From NCBI GenBank assembly GCA_001643675.2, contig LSRY02000072.1:1-64000 (forward strand): 64,000 bases of DNA. The letters are read 5' to 3'. Below the pieces are notes generated by a model that worked only from the letters and a program-made list of their open reading frames with translations, was not told where the DNA came from and did not search any database. Both the position numbers and the translations under genes were made by a program. Positions within the stretch are counted from its first letter, which is position 1. Every line of letters starts with the position of its first letter. The DNA comes from Monocercomonoides exilis PA203. Its lineage: Eukaryota > Protista > Preaxostyla. Of the stretch, positions 1 through 11,029 are shown piece by piece.

Positions 1-2448
1 CCTAGCCTAACCTAACCTAGCCTAACCTAACCCTAACCTAACTAGCACACAACCTAACCTAACCTAACCTAACCTAACCTAACCTAGCCTAACCCTAACC
101 TAACCCTAACCCTAACCTAACCTAACTTAACCTAACCCTAACCTAACCCTAACCCTAACCCTAACCCTAACCCTAACCCTAACCCCTAACCCTAACCCTA
201 ACCCCAACCCTAACCCTAACCTAACCCTAACCCTAACCCTAACCTAACCCTAACCCCTAACCCCTAACCCTAACCCTAACCTAACCTAACCCTAACCCCT
301 AACCCTAACCCTAACCTAACCCTAACCCTAACCCTAACCCTAACCCTAACCCTAACCCTAACCCTAACCCTAACCCTAACCCTAACCCTAACCCTAACCC
401 TAACCCTAACCCTAACCCTAACCCTAACCCTAACCCTAACCCTAACCCTAACCCTAACCCCTAACCCTAACCCTAACCCTAACCCTAACCCTAACCCTAA
501 CCCTAACCTAACCCTAACCTAACCCTAACCCTAACCTAACCTAACCCTAACCCTAACCCTAACCCTAACCCTAACCCCTAACCCTAACCCTAACCCTAAC
601 CCTAACCCCTAACCCTAACCCTAACCCTAACCCTAACCCTAACCCTAACCCTAACCCTAACCCTAACCCTAACCCTAACCCTAACCCTAACCCTAACCCT
701 AACCCCTAACCCTAACCCTAACCCTAACCCTAACCCTAACCCTAACCCTAACCCTAACCCTAACCCTAACCCTAACCCTAACCCTAACCCTAACCCTAAC
801 CCTAACCCTAACCCTAACCCTAACCTAACCCTAACCCTAACCCTAACCCTAACCCTAACCCTAACCCTAACCCTAACCCTAACCCTAACCCTAACCCTAA
901 CCTAACCCTAACCCTAACCCTAACCCTAACCCTAACCCTAACCCTAACCTAACCCTAACCCTAACCCTAACCCTAACCCTAACCCTAACCCTAACCCTAA
1001 CCCTAACCCTAACCCTAACCCTAACCCTAACCCTAACCCTAACCCTAACCCTAACCCTAACCCTAACCCTAACCCTAACCCTAACCCTAACCCTAACCCT
1101 AACCCTAACCCTAACCCTAACCCTAACCCTAACCCTAACCCTAACCCTAACCCTAACCCTAACCCTAACCCTAACCCTAACCCTAACCCTAACCCTAACC
1201 CTAACCCTAACCCTAACCCTAACCCTAACCCTAACCCTAACCCTAACCCTAACCCTAACCCTAACCCTAACCTAACCCTAACCCTAACCCTAACCCTAAC
1301 CCTAACCCTAACCCTAACCCTAACCCTAACCCTAACCCTAACCCTAACCCTAACCCTAACCCTAACCCTAACCCTAACCCTAACCCCTAACCCTAACCCT
1401 AACCCTAACCCTAACCCTAACCCTAACCCTAACCCTAACCCTAACCCTAACCCTAACCCTAACCCTAACCCTAACCCTAACCCTAACCCTAACCCTAACC
1501 CTAACCCTAACCCTAACCCTAACCCTAACCCTAACCCTAACCCTAACCCTAACCTAACCCTAACCCTAACCCTAACCCTAACCCTAACCCTAACCCTAAC
1601 CCTAACCCTAACCCTAACCCTAACCCTAACCCTAACCCTAACCCTAACCCTAACCCTAACCCTAACCCTAACCCTAACCCTAACCCTAACCCTAACCCTA
1701 ACCCTAACCCTAACCCTAACCCTAACCCTAACCCTAACCCTAACCCTAACCCTAACCCTAACCCCTAACCCTAACCCTAACCCTAACCCTAACCCTAACC
1801 TAACCCTAACCCTAACCCTAACCCTAACCCTAACCCTAACCCTAACCCTAACCCTAACCCTAACCCTAACCCTAACCCTAACCTAACCCTAACCCTAACC
1901 CTAACCCTAACCCTAACCCTAACCCTAACCCTAACCCTAACCTAACCCTAACCCTAACCCTAACCCTAACCCTAACCCTAACCCTAACCCTAACCCTAAC
2001 CCTAACCCTAACCCTAACCCTAACCCTAACCCTAACCCTAACCCTAACCCTAACCCTAACCCTAACCTAACCCTAACCCTAACCCTAACCCTAACCCTAA
2101 CCCTAACCCTAACCCTAACCCTAACCCTAACCCTAACCCTAACCCTAACCTAACCTAACCCTAACCCTAACCCTAACCCTAACCCTAACCCTAACCCTAA
2201 CCCTAACCCTAACCCTAACCCTAACCCTAACCCTAACCCTAACCCTAACCCTAACCCTAACCCTAACCCTAACCCTAACCCTAACCCTAACCCTAACCCT
2301 AACCCTAACCCTAACCCTAACCCTAACCCTACCCCTAACCCTAACCCTAACCCTAACCCTAACCCTAACCCTAACCCTAACCCTAACCCTAACCCTAACC
2401 CTAACCTAACCCTAACCCTAACCCTAACCCTAACCTAACCCTAACCCT
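1..2448. repeat. Telomeric repeat array (CCCTAA)n / (TTAGGG)n, left chromosome end
   Basis: About 400 tandem CCCTAA units from base 1, with the C-rich strand on +. Scattered CCTAA and CCCCTAA variants occur. The transition to unique sequence after ...ctaaccct (2448) is abrupt. Confidence 0.98.
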
Positions 2449-4449
2449 TCTTTCTTTCACTCTTTCACTAAATTCTTTATATGGATCTATATTTTTTTCA
2501 TCTATGCTCTTGAAAAATATGCCATGAAATGCTTCAAGACCAAGCAGGGTCCTGTCCATTTCTGGCTGTGCACCGTCTTCCTCCTCCGACAAAAGCCTCG
2601 AAGAAACAAGAGCCCTTCTCGCAACCTTTTTGATGTATCCCATCTGGGCTAGCCTGTATGGCACCCAGCCCGCGATGAGTGCGGTGCTTTCTAAAACTGC
2701 CTTCTGTGCTTGAGGGTCGCTCTTGCTCTTTATCAGAGCAGAGCAGATGAATCCACTCCGCAAGGAGTGGAAGCTGAAAAGAGAGCGCGGATAACCGGCG
2801 TTTTTCGCTCTCTCTTTGAAGCGTTCCCTCATTGCATCAGTCGACAGTGGCCATACTGGCTTGGATTTGTCAACTGCGTTGCTCTTCTCCATCCACTCCG
2901 ACAACTTCACTCCAGTACTTTTCTTCAAGTACTTGGAAAACCAGAATACAGCATCTCCATCATCTTCCTTCTCTTCATCTCCTTCTATTGTAACTTCATG
3001 CCCCCATGTGGAACTTCCCTTTGTTCTGTTGTACAGCAAGGTGCACAGAATCTTCTTTGTTTCCTCTGATATTGTCACCCTCATAATATCAGAGAGAAGC
3101 ATGCTGGACACAGTGATTGCTCGTGCCCCAGTTTGCACGGCAATCAGGTACAAAGAAGCCTCCATCTCTTTATGCCTGAAATAGTTTGGAATGAAGTGGA
3201 TAATTCTCTTAACATCTTGGATCAATGCTGGCTCTCTTTCCTTTCCTTTCACTTTCACATCCTTCTGAGTTCGGAGAAAGCGAATTCCATCGTTCATCGC
3301 TGCAATTGTTTGCTTATTCAGTTTCTTTCCTCTTTTAGCAATGTTTATTCTTTTGACTGACGGAACTATCACATGGATGATGGATGTGAGAGAATATGCG
3401 CACTCCTTGCTCAGGAACAGCACAAACCCTCTCCCAATGAGGGGATGCAGAGGCCACACAGGATACTTAATCAGTAAACTCCATCTTCCAAGCAGCCTCT
3501 CCACCCACGCATGCTTTCTTCTGGTAGCTTCTGACCAGAGGGGAGCAGGTTGAAGATACTCTCTTGCTTTTTCTGTCCCCACTCGGAGCGCAGCAAGATC
3601 CATTCTTGTGGGCCTCCAGTACTTTGATGATTCGCACAGCCATTCAGTTGAGGATGGAGAAGTGAGAGGAGGGGGAAGAGGTGGAAAGAAGCTTTGTGAT
3701 TGAGCTGATGTTTCTTCAACGATCAGTGAAGGTGAAGTGAATAATGTGCTGGATGAAGCTGAGGATTGTGAAGAATTTGAATTTGAATGAGATGTGAGAC
3801 TTTTTTGATGTTGTGACGTTTGTGTTGTGAGTACCTCGTCTTGATCTTGGTTCTGATCAAGGTTTGATAATACTTTTGCAAGTTCATTTTCATTTAATGT
3901 TTTTATTTTGAGATTCTCATCAAGTGGGAATATTTCATCTTCAAGTTCTTCTTCTTCCGAACTGTCGCTAATGAATGACTCTTCCGAATCATCATCATTT
4001 TCTTTTGTTTTTTCTTTTGTTTTGTTTTCATACACTTGATTTTCAATACTTATTGTTTCAACATGTGGAGTATTATGTTCAAACAAAAAGCATTTTTCAT
4101 ATATTTTTCTATTTGTTGTGGGAGTTGATGTGATATCAAAAGAAGGAGAAGAAGAAGAAAATGAAAGATGTGATATTTCTTTTTCATTTGTTTTATTATA
4201 TATTTTTTCTTGTGTTTTTCTTTTTTTCAGTCCACATCTGCAGGAAGAATGCATTGAGTCTGATGCCGGAGAAGAAACGCATGAAGAAGAAAGCGAAGAT
4301 AAAAGTGGAGAAGAGGTTTGAAGTGAGTGTTTGTTTTTTGGTGTTAATATTTGTTTCATGAATTGCAACATTTGATTGCAAACATCTTCTCTTCTAATAA
4401 AATCATCATCAGACTGAGAAGATGTATCAATAGAAGTATTTTTTAACAT
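2401..4449 (-). CDS. Tyrosine recombinase (DIRS/Crypton-like YR) with a low-complexity N-terminus; 3' end runs into the telomere
   Basis: Catalytic motifs occur in canonical order: QTGARA (R, ~3122), NRTKGS (K, ~3020), FSFHSLRSG (HxxR, 2769-2758), LIAGW (W, ~2666) and QMGY (Y, ~2636). A helical region resembling the core-binding domain precedes them (WSEATRRKH...GFVLFL). The first in-frame ATG is at 4449 (the ORF track starts at a TTG, 4512). The stop codon lies inside the telomere. Confidence 0.88.
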   Translation of the reverse strand: MLKNTSIDTSSQSDDDFIRREDVCNQMLQFMKQILTPKNKHSLQTSSPLLSSLSSSCVSSPASDSMHSSCRCGLKKRKTQEKIYNKTNEKEISHLSFSSSSPSFDITSTPTTNRKIYEKCFLFEHNTPHVETISIENQVYENKTKEKTKENDDDSEESFISDSSEEEELEDEIFPLDENLKIKTLNENELAKVLSNLDQNQDQDEVLTTQTSQHQKSLTSHSNSNSSQSSASSSTLFTSPSLIVEETSAQSQSFFPPLPPPLTSPSSTEWLCESSKYWRPTRMDLAALRVGTEKAREYLQPAPLWSEATRRKHAWVERLLGRWSLLIKYPVWPLHPLIGRGFVLFLSKECAYSLTSIIHVIVPSVKRINIAKRGKKLNKQTIAAMNDGIRFLRTQKDVKVKGKEREPALIQDVKRIIHFIPNYFRHKEMEASLYLIAVQTGARAITVSSMLLSDIMRVTISEETKKILCTLLYNRTKGSSTWGHEVTIEGDEEKEDDGDAVFWFSKYLKKSTGVKLSEWMEKSNAVDKSKPVWPLSTDAMRERFKERAKNAGYPRSLFSFHSLRSGFICSALIKSKSDPQAQKAVLESTALIAGWVPYRLAQMGYIKKVARRALVSSRLLSEEEDGAQPEMDRTLLGLEAFHGIFFKSIDEKNIDPYKEFSERVKERRVRVRLGLGLGLGLG

Positions 4450-5009
4450 ATGATGTTGTGAGTTCTGTTGGTAAAAATGCACAAAAAAAGTGTAAAAACA
4501 ATTTAATTGCAAAAATATTCAAAAATACTCAAACATTTTGAATTTGTTTTTTATCATTATTTTCGACACATGCGGTGTGAACATCATCATTTTCATTCTG
4601 TAAAATGTTGTGTTTTGTTTTGTTTCATAATTTGATTAATGTGAATAATGTGAAAGAAAAATTACAAACAAGAAAAGCATTATTTTGCGTATTATTCTGT
4701 TCATCGTTAACAGATGAAGGTAATTCTTTGGATAAGACGGGAGTCAAAATTGAAAAATTCGATTCCTTCGAAAGCTGAGGTGTCAAAACAGATTCCATTT
4801 CGTGCAACGAATAAATATTTCAAATTTACTCTTGAAAATATTTGTTATGGTTATGTTTAGATCATGTTGCGAAAAAGTCATTTTTGGAACATTTTTTCGA
4901 AAATGCTTGAATTGTTTAGATTAACGAAAATAATGTAAAAATATCATAATATCAACATGTTTGGACTCTTAATTCTCTTTAATTCCAGGGTTTTACCCCA
5001 CGTTGGTGA
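2449..5009 (-). mobile_element. Putative YR (Crypton-like) element bounded by direct telomeric repeats
   Basis: The YR ORF and its upstream region lie between the telomere and an internal same-orientation tract accctaaccctaacctaacc (5009-5028), which is identical to 2421-2440. The boundaries are inferred. Confidence 0.45.
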
Positions 5010-5297
5010 CCCTAACCCTAACCTAACCTGGGTCAATTCCTAATTAGGGTTATTGAAAAACAGATAAAGTTCAATAATAACTTTTTCAAGACAAATGTAA
5101 ATTTCAGTTTTTTATTGAATTTATGAATTAATCAATGAAGAGTGTCCACTAAAACAGTTTTCGGAAAAATTCGGCAAACCTATTGTTTTTTTTTAGGTTT
5201 TCATTTCTCTATCAATTTTCGATTCAAATGTGGCTTTAGGGTTAGGATTTGAATTTGAATCAACTTTTTTGAATTTTGTTTTGTTTTGGGTTAGGGT
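4985..5297. repeat. Cluster of interstitial telomere-like motifs and short palindromes
   Basis: GGGT-ttt-ACCC (4988-4998); TGACCC-[taaccctaacctaacct]-GGGTCA (5007-5035); palindrome CCTAATTAGG (5039-5048) overlapping TTAGGGTTA; TTAGGGTTAGG (~5236-5246); GGGTTAGGGT (5288-5297). Confidence 0.75.
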
Positions 5298-5914
5298 GAA
5301 AAATGAAAGAATAATTTTGAATAGAATCCTTTTGAGTGAAGCAATGGTCGTGCTGTTAGGATTTTTCTTGTGTTAATGGAATCGTCAATGGTTCAAATCC
5401 TACTGCACATTTCCTTTTTTTTAATTTTTTTAATTTTTTGAACATCACATTTGTTAAATTTAACCTAAAAGTGATGGCCTGGGATTGTCTTATGGAGCAG
5501 ATTCATCAGAACGAGAAGATGAATCATTGCTGTTGACAATTTTTTCAATTTTTCGACTTTTTTCATTGACCCACAATCATATATTTTTGAAAAAAATAAA
5601 AAATAAAAAACCTGATTTTGACTAACTTCCGCGCTTTGTGTATAACCAAAACATAAATATATTTGATCAACAAACATTTCTATCAACAATTAAATCAATT
5701 TTTCGATGTCCGATATAACGCGAATTTGCCAATAATTTCGTTAAATAATGGTCACGGAGTATTTTTGAATTAACTGCGATGGGACAAATTTTTGATCTGC
5801 AGCGACTTTTCAAAAAGAATGACCCATATAATCATTTTTTCATACAAGAATCGTTTTATTTTGATAATGTTTATTTATCATTTCAATGAATTTAAAAATA
5901 AATTCATATTTGTC

Positions 5915-6265
5915 CTTAAAATCGTGTTTTTTGAAAAAATGTGTGAAATAAGAAAAAATGTTAAAAAAACAAGTTGAGAAAGTTTAAAACAAGTTCAACT
6001 TATAGAAAATAAACGATGCATTATGACATGAAAACTTAAAACTTCTGATAAAAAATATTTGCTGGAAAAGCAGCAAGTCAATGAACAAAACATAAAATTA
6101 TTATAATCCTCGATCTTTTTGTAAAACAAAAAATATTGAAAAAAAAATAAAGAATAAGGAAATAAAAACATTTCAAACATTTCTGGTTATTTTTTATTTA
6201 TCGCAGGCTTGTGTAAAGCTAAAAGCATAACAAAAAAGAAAAAGGTCAAGATAAAATTATAACCC
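5915..6265. mobile_element. Solo arm of a long-TIR foldback element, inserted at a TA in the 3' end of family copy 1
   Basis: It aligns by eye with the right arm of the 25272-26273 element (cttaaaacttc..., tttct.gtt.ttttt...gcttgt, terminal ...AACCC|TA). The terminus reads TA|GGGTTATAATTTTATCTTGACC on the minus strand. No partner arm was found. Confidence 0.6.
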
Positions 6266-7662
6266 TAATCAGAAATTTTCAACGATAGTTCATGATAATA
6301 TCGTCTGTTTAGAAAAACAAATTTTTCATAAAAGCTTGTGATGATGTCTTCGCATCCTTCTTCTTCCATCTTTTCAAAAACCTTCCTTTTCGTTGCCTTT
6401 CTTTCCTCTTCTTCCTTTTCATCTTTCTCCTCTTCTTCCAATCGATTTGAAACATTCTTAAAGAATTGCAAGCAATTAAATAGCATTCCGTCATCCACTG
6501 TTCGTCCCTGCATCTCCTCCAAAACAGCTTCCACAGCTCCTCCTTTCAATAAATCTTCAACTTTCACAAATCTATTTTCTGCTGCTTTTCTCAAGGAATA
6601 AATGCACCAATTGCTAATTCCTCTATGATTATCCTTTGCTGCTCGAAATAACTGAACAAGACTGTTGATAAGTCCAACGTATTCTTCATTCCACAACCGA
6701 CAGTATTCAAAGAAATCATGTATAACATTGAGACACCCCGCTAAAAGAATCTCTTCTTTTTCTTTTCCTACTATTTTCTCTTCTTTCTTCTTCCAATTCA
6801 CATTTCTTGAAAGTTCTTCTAATTCTCTGGTTGCCTCTCTTCCAAAATGCAACTCATTGATTATCACTTCTTCCAAGCTTTTGTCTTTGTCAAATCTATT
6901 TATCAAAAACCCCCAAGCAGACTGATAGGCAAGGCGAGTAAGATTGTGATGCTCCTGATGATATTCGATGATTTCTTTGATTTCATTCAAATACAGTTCT
7001 TTTTTGACAGACTGACAAAAAAAGATGGAAAAAAACATTATCAAAGATGAAAAAGAAAGACTCATACATAATCTCGGCTTATGCAACGTAAAGCCTGCAA
7101 TGCTATTTCCACCTCTTTTTGAACTTCGTCGCTTTCCTCTTTGTTCAATGCAACTTTAAGAAGACAAGGCATGTAAGTTGAAAGCAATTCCTCAGAAGCC
7201 CACCTGTTCAACAAAAGATAGCATTCGCAAAGATCAGCCAAAAACTTTTCATTCATTTCTTCTCTTCTCTTCTCTTCCTCAATTATAATCTCTTCAAATC
7301 TTATTTTCAATTCAGAATTATAAAAACCATTACTCCATATTTTTTTCAGGGTCTTCAAATGTCCAGCATGCTTCAACAGCAAAATGGCATTTTCCATTGA
7401 AAGTTTCTTTTCTTCAATCATTTTGAATATTTGATTGAACAATTCTTCTGCAAAAACAAATATGAATTCACTTGCATTCATTTCATCAATTATTACATTT
7501 AGTTCTTCGATTTTCTGTTTCTGGTCATCCTCATTGCAATCCTCCAGTTCATTAAATAATTCTGAAAACACCAAATAAAGAAATGAAATAAGATCACGAA
7601 AAATTCAAGTGTAATAATATGCGCAAACCGGTGAACTTCTCCATAATTCCTGTCTCCTGCAT
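6265..7662 (-). CDS. Multicopy uncharacterised helical protein family ('HNLTRLAYQSAW'), copy 1; 3 exons, last codons lost to an element insertion
   Basis: Exon 1 is 7662-7629 (MQETGIMEKFT), intron 7628-7562 (GT..AG), exon 2 7561-7068, intron 7067-7012 (GTATGAG..CAG), exon 3 7011-6265. It ends LKISD* where paralogues continue ISDYFVN. Confidence 0.8.
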
Positions 7663-8519
7663 TTTTGTATTTATATTGCAGACAGATAAATCAACATTTT
7701 TCATCATTCAAACAGAAAACAAATCGGAACAAGAAAAAGAGAATGGCGCATTAAAACTCTTAATAAAACTGCAAAATTGGAAGCATTCAAACCACTCGAT
7801 CTTGCGTTGACATTTTCGATTTTTAATTCCAAAGATAATGAACTCTTTGCCACTTTCTCTTTTTTGTAATGGATTCAATGATCACCAGATTTGAAAAAAC
7901 GGAATATTCCATTCACAGAATGAGAAATCCGTGAATGAACATTATCTGTAGAACTAAGAATATTATTTTCTGTGTGACAACAAAAATTGGTGAGATGCAA
8001 TATTTTTGGAATTCTGACCTTTGATTTTTGTCAATTGGATGGCCAAGGGGAATACACCAATTTCATCAATAACACAAAAGGACATAATGTATGTAATTTA
8101 TATTGTTCAATATTTTGTGAAGATATTTCCGTCTGTGTCCTCTCCAAAGTGCAGGAATGTGAGTTATTGTTGAAATGGCCAATCTCCGCTTTGTGGAGCA
8201 ATACGATGAGAACAGAGCTTGTTATTGTATAGCAATTAGGATATAAATGAAGTTACGCAAGACACATGATTTTCATTATATTTTATTTGGTGGAAGAGAT
8301 GAAAAAAACTTATTCAACTGTTTTTTTATTGAATGAAGACAAAAGAGGATGGAATTCCTCTGAAAAATAAAATCTTCAAAAACTGATATAGAATTTTGGA
8401 GCATAAGGCAAGGGAGAAGCTTTTTTGGCAAGGAAAGTGGCTGGCAATATCGAGGGAAGGACATTTATTACTTAAAAAAGGCAAGAATTCAACCAAAAAA
8501 ATGAGAACTTCAAAATATC

Positions 8520-8900
8520 GGTTTTATTTATAAGGTTTTCCTGTTCCTCGGACTGTGCCAGGCAGGCATGGAAAGCAACTTAATTCTATTTCTGATTCCG
8601 CTTTTGCTTCAAAAGAGTGGAGAAACGCCATCAAAGATGTAACCTATTATCGAATATTAGTTGGCAGTCGAACAACATTCAGGCCAACCGCTTTTGGATT
8701 TCATTCTTCGAAGAGGCAGCCATTTTGAGTGAGCAATGTGATTATCATTCGAAGTTTGCTTTCTTCGACGCTACAAGCAACTGCAGAAAAATACAGAATA
8801 TTTGTATCAACCTCTTCAAGCGCAGCCACCCAGAGATTTTATTGATATGTTCCATTTGCGTGGCATCGATGCGGAGATGATTTGTGGGGACTTGTTGCTT
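8520..8900 (+). pseudogene. Decayed fragment, possibly from a Ser/Thr protein kinase (subdomain V-VIa like)
   Basis: One frame reads AVEQHSGQPLLDFILRRGSHF, resembling the E..GG.L.D.I...G.F.E segment of CAMK-type kinases. Stops and frameshifts surround it, and no HRD or DFG motif was seen. Confidence 0.25.
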
Positions 8901-10899
8901 CGTATTGGGTGCGCTGAGGTGTTTGCAGAACTTAGGCAAGACAGCCATGTTTTCTCAGACGAACATCGAGAATGAACAATTTCTCTGAAGACTGTTTAAT
9001 TTATTTATTTCTGATTGTTCTGCTGTTGGCCTGTGTTTATCTTGTGTTGTGGTTTCTATTATGAATGATTTTTAAAAATGGGGAATTCTTCATATTCTGC
9101 TTTCAACCGAATATATTTTCTGGTGCTTATTGAGTTCACTCTGCTGCTCGTGCTCCAACAAGAAGAATAAAGTATCATTCATTCATTCGTCTTCTTTGAA
9201 AGTTGCAGCAATTATTGAAGCAGTGATATTTTTTTATGAGAGGGTGCTTCCATTGCGCGTGATAGCTAATGCGATGAAACGGGGAATTTAATTGTTTATC
9301 GGTGGGAGACCGCAGCGGTGGTGCAAGAAAAGTAAAAGAATGCTTCGATAAGATGCAAGACAAGGAAGCTATTTGTTGCAGAAGTCGAACGGCAGAGGAA
9401 GAAAGAAAGGAATGAGAACAAATGAAGAAATAGAGGGAGAGGAAGCGATATTGGAGAAAAAGGGAGAAATGGAAGAAGGAGAAGACGAAGGAAAAGATGA
9501 AGAAGAATTAATAGATGTGGAGGATGATGCAAATGAGATGATTAGAAAACAGATAATGCGTGAAGAAATGCTTTCTGATTTAATAATTCTTTCTTCAAAT
9601 TCTTCTTCTGCGACAATTCTTCACTTATCTCTTCTTCATCCTCAACTTTCACTTCGTCTCGAATAACTCAATCATGCGTTGCAATGACACATCAACACCC
9701 AAAGCAAAGCAGAGAAGAAGAAGAAAAAAAAAGATGAAACAAAAAAATTTTTTTATTTGAGATAATAACAAAGTTTTCTGTCACATTTCCCCACATGCAG
9801 AAAGAATCAAAGCATTTTTTCTTTTGAAGCCGCACCCAAAAAATAGCCAGGCAACAAGCAATTGAAAATACATTCACAGAAGGAGATACTCCAAGGAAGG
9901 AAGATCATCTTCAAACAACAAGCAGAACATCTGACAACTTGACATCTTTTGTTGAATTAAGCTACGAATTTGATGTCAAAATTGAATAAGAAAGAAGAAG
10001 GAGAAGAAAGAGAGCAGCGCATCTTATTACCATTCCATAGTATTTATTTCGATCTACTGCGAAAGGATTGAACTGAATACAAGAACACAAGAAGAGGAAA
10101 AACATTGATTTGATTTTGCTATTTGCATCTTTTTCTTTTCAGCAATTGGTTTTTTATTTCGCAATTTATCTATTGCCTGTTTCTTTCTTTTTATCTTCAT
10201 CGACAATCATATTTTGATGTTTTCGAAGCGATTTCAGACTTTTCTGGGAAAGCATTCCAATAGTTTCAAACACATTTCACAGAATCGTTTGTAATTCGAC
10301 AGCAAGGAAGAAAATTCTGTGTTTTGCTGTGCCCCTTCAATTGCTGTGCCTGCTCACTTTTTTGAAAAGTTATGATTTCTTCCAGCTCTCAGCTAATATA
10401 ATATTTGTTTTTCCGTTTTTCATGCACGAACAAGATGATAATTTTCTTTTTTGTGGGGCTGCCCAAGAAACAAACGTTTGAGCATCTTTTGGAATTTTGT
10501 CTATTTTCGTTTTGTCAATCTGCCTCTGAATTCATTTTTTTAACTTCGAATTTGAAAACAAACGCCAATGCGCTCATTTTCATCCTCTCCATAAAATTTT
10601 CGATGATTCTTTTCATTTACTCCATATTTTTTCTTTCATTGACTTTAATGATGTTGAGAAATCAGATTGAAAAAAAGCCAAAAATGACTTAAATAAAGGT
10701 AAATTGATCAATGGGCAATTCTATTTCCAGTTCTTTCCGAAAAGCACAAAAAGTTGGCGCTGCTTCCGCTTCGTTTTCCGAAGAAAACACATCGTTTGCG
10801 CTTATTGGTTTCCCTTCTTTTTGAAGCACTTTGCCTGTTAAATTGAACATGACATTTTGGAAATTTAAATGAAACTGGGTTATGCTAAATTGACCGAAG

Positions 10900-10982
10900 A
10901 TAGAATTTCAGAATTTCCAATTGCGCACAAGTTTTTAAGTTTGCTCATTTTCTTTGTTTATTCTCTAATTGTGAAATTTGGT

Positions 10983-11029
<47 letters not shown>

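Noticed and set aside
1-620. Dense variant telomere units (CCTAA, CCTAG, CCCCTAA) at the extreme end
   Set aside because: Most likely low-coverage or homopolymer read errors at the contig tip. They cannot be called biological without reads.
2401-4449. YR as a protelomerase (hairpin telomere resolvase)
   Set aside because: The chromosome ends in canonical telomerase-type repeats, and the motifs (TGAR, HSLRSG, AGW, Y) fit DIRS/Crypton/integrase-type YRs.
5335-5410. GGTTCAAATCC B-box/T-loop-like motif suggesting a tRNA or SINE (a similar motif lies at ~15533)
   Set aside because: No acceptor stem, D arm or anticodon arm could be folded.
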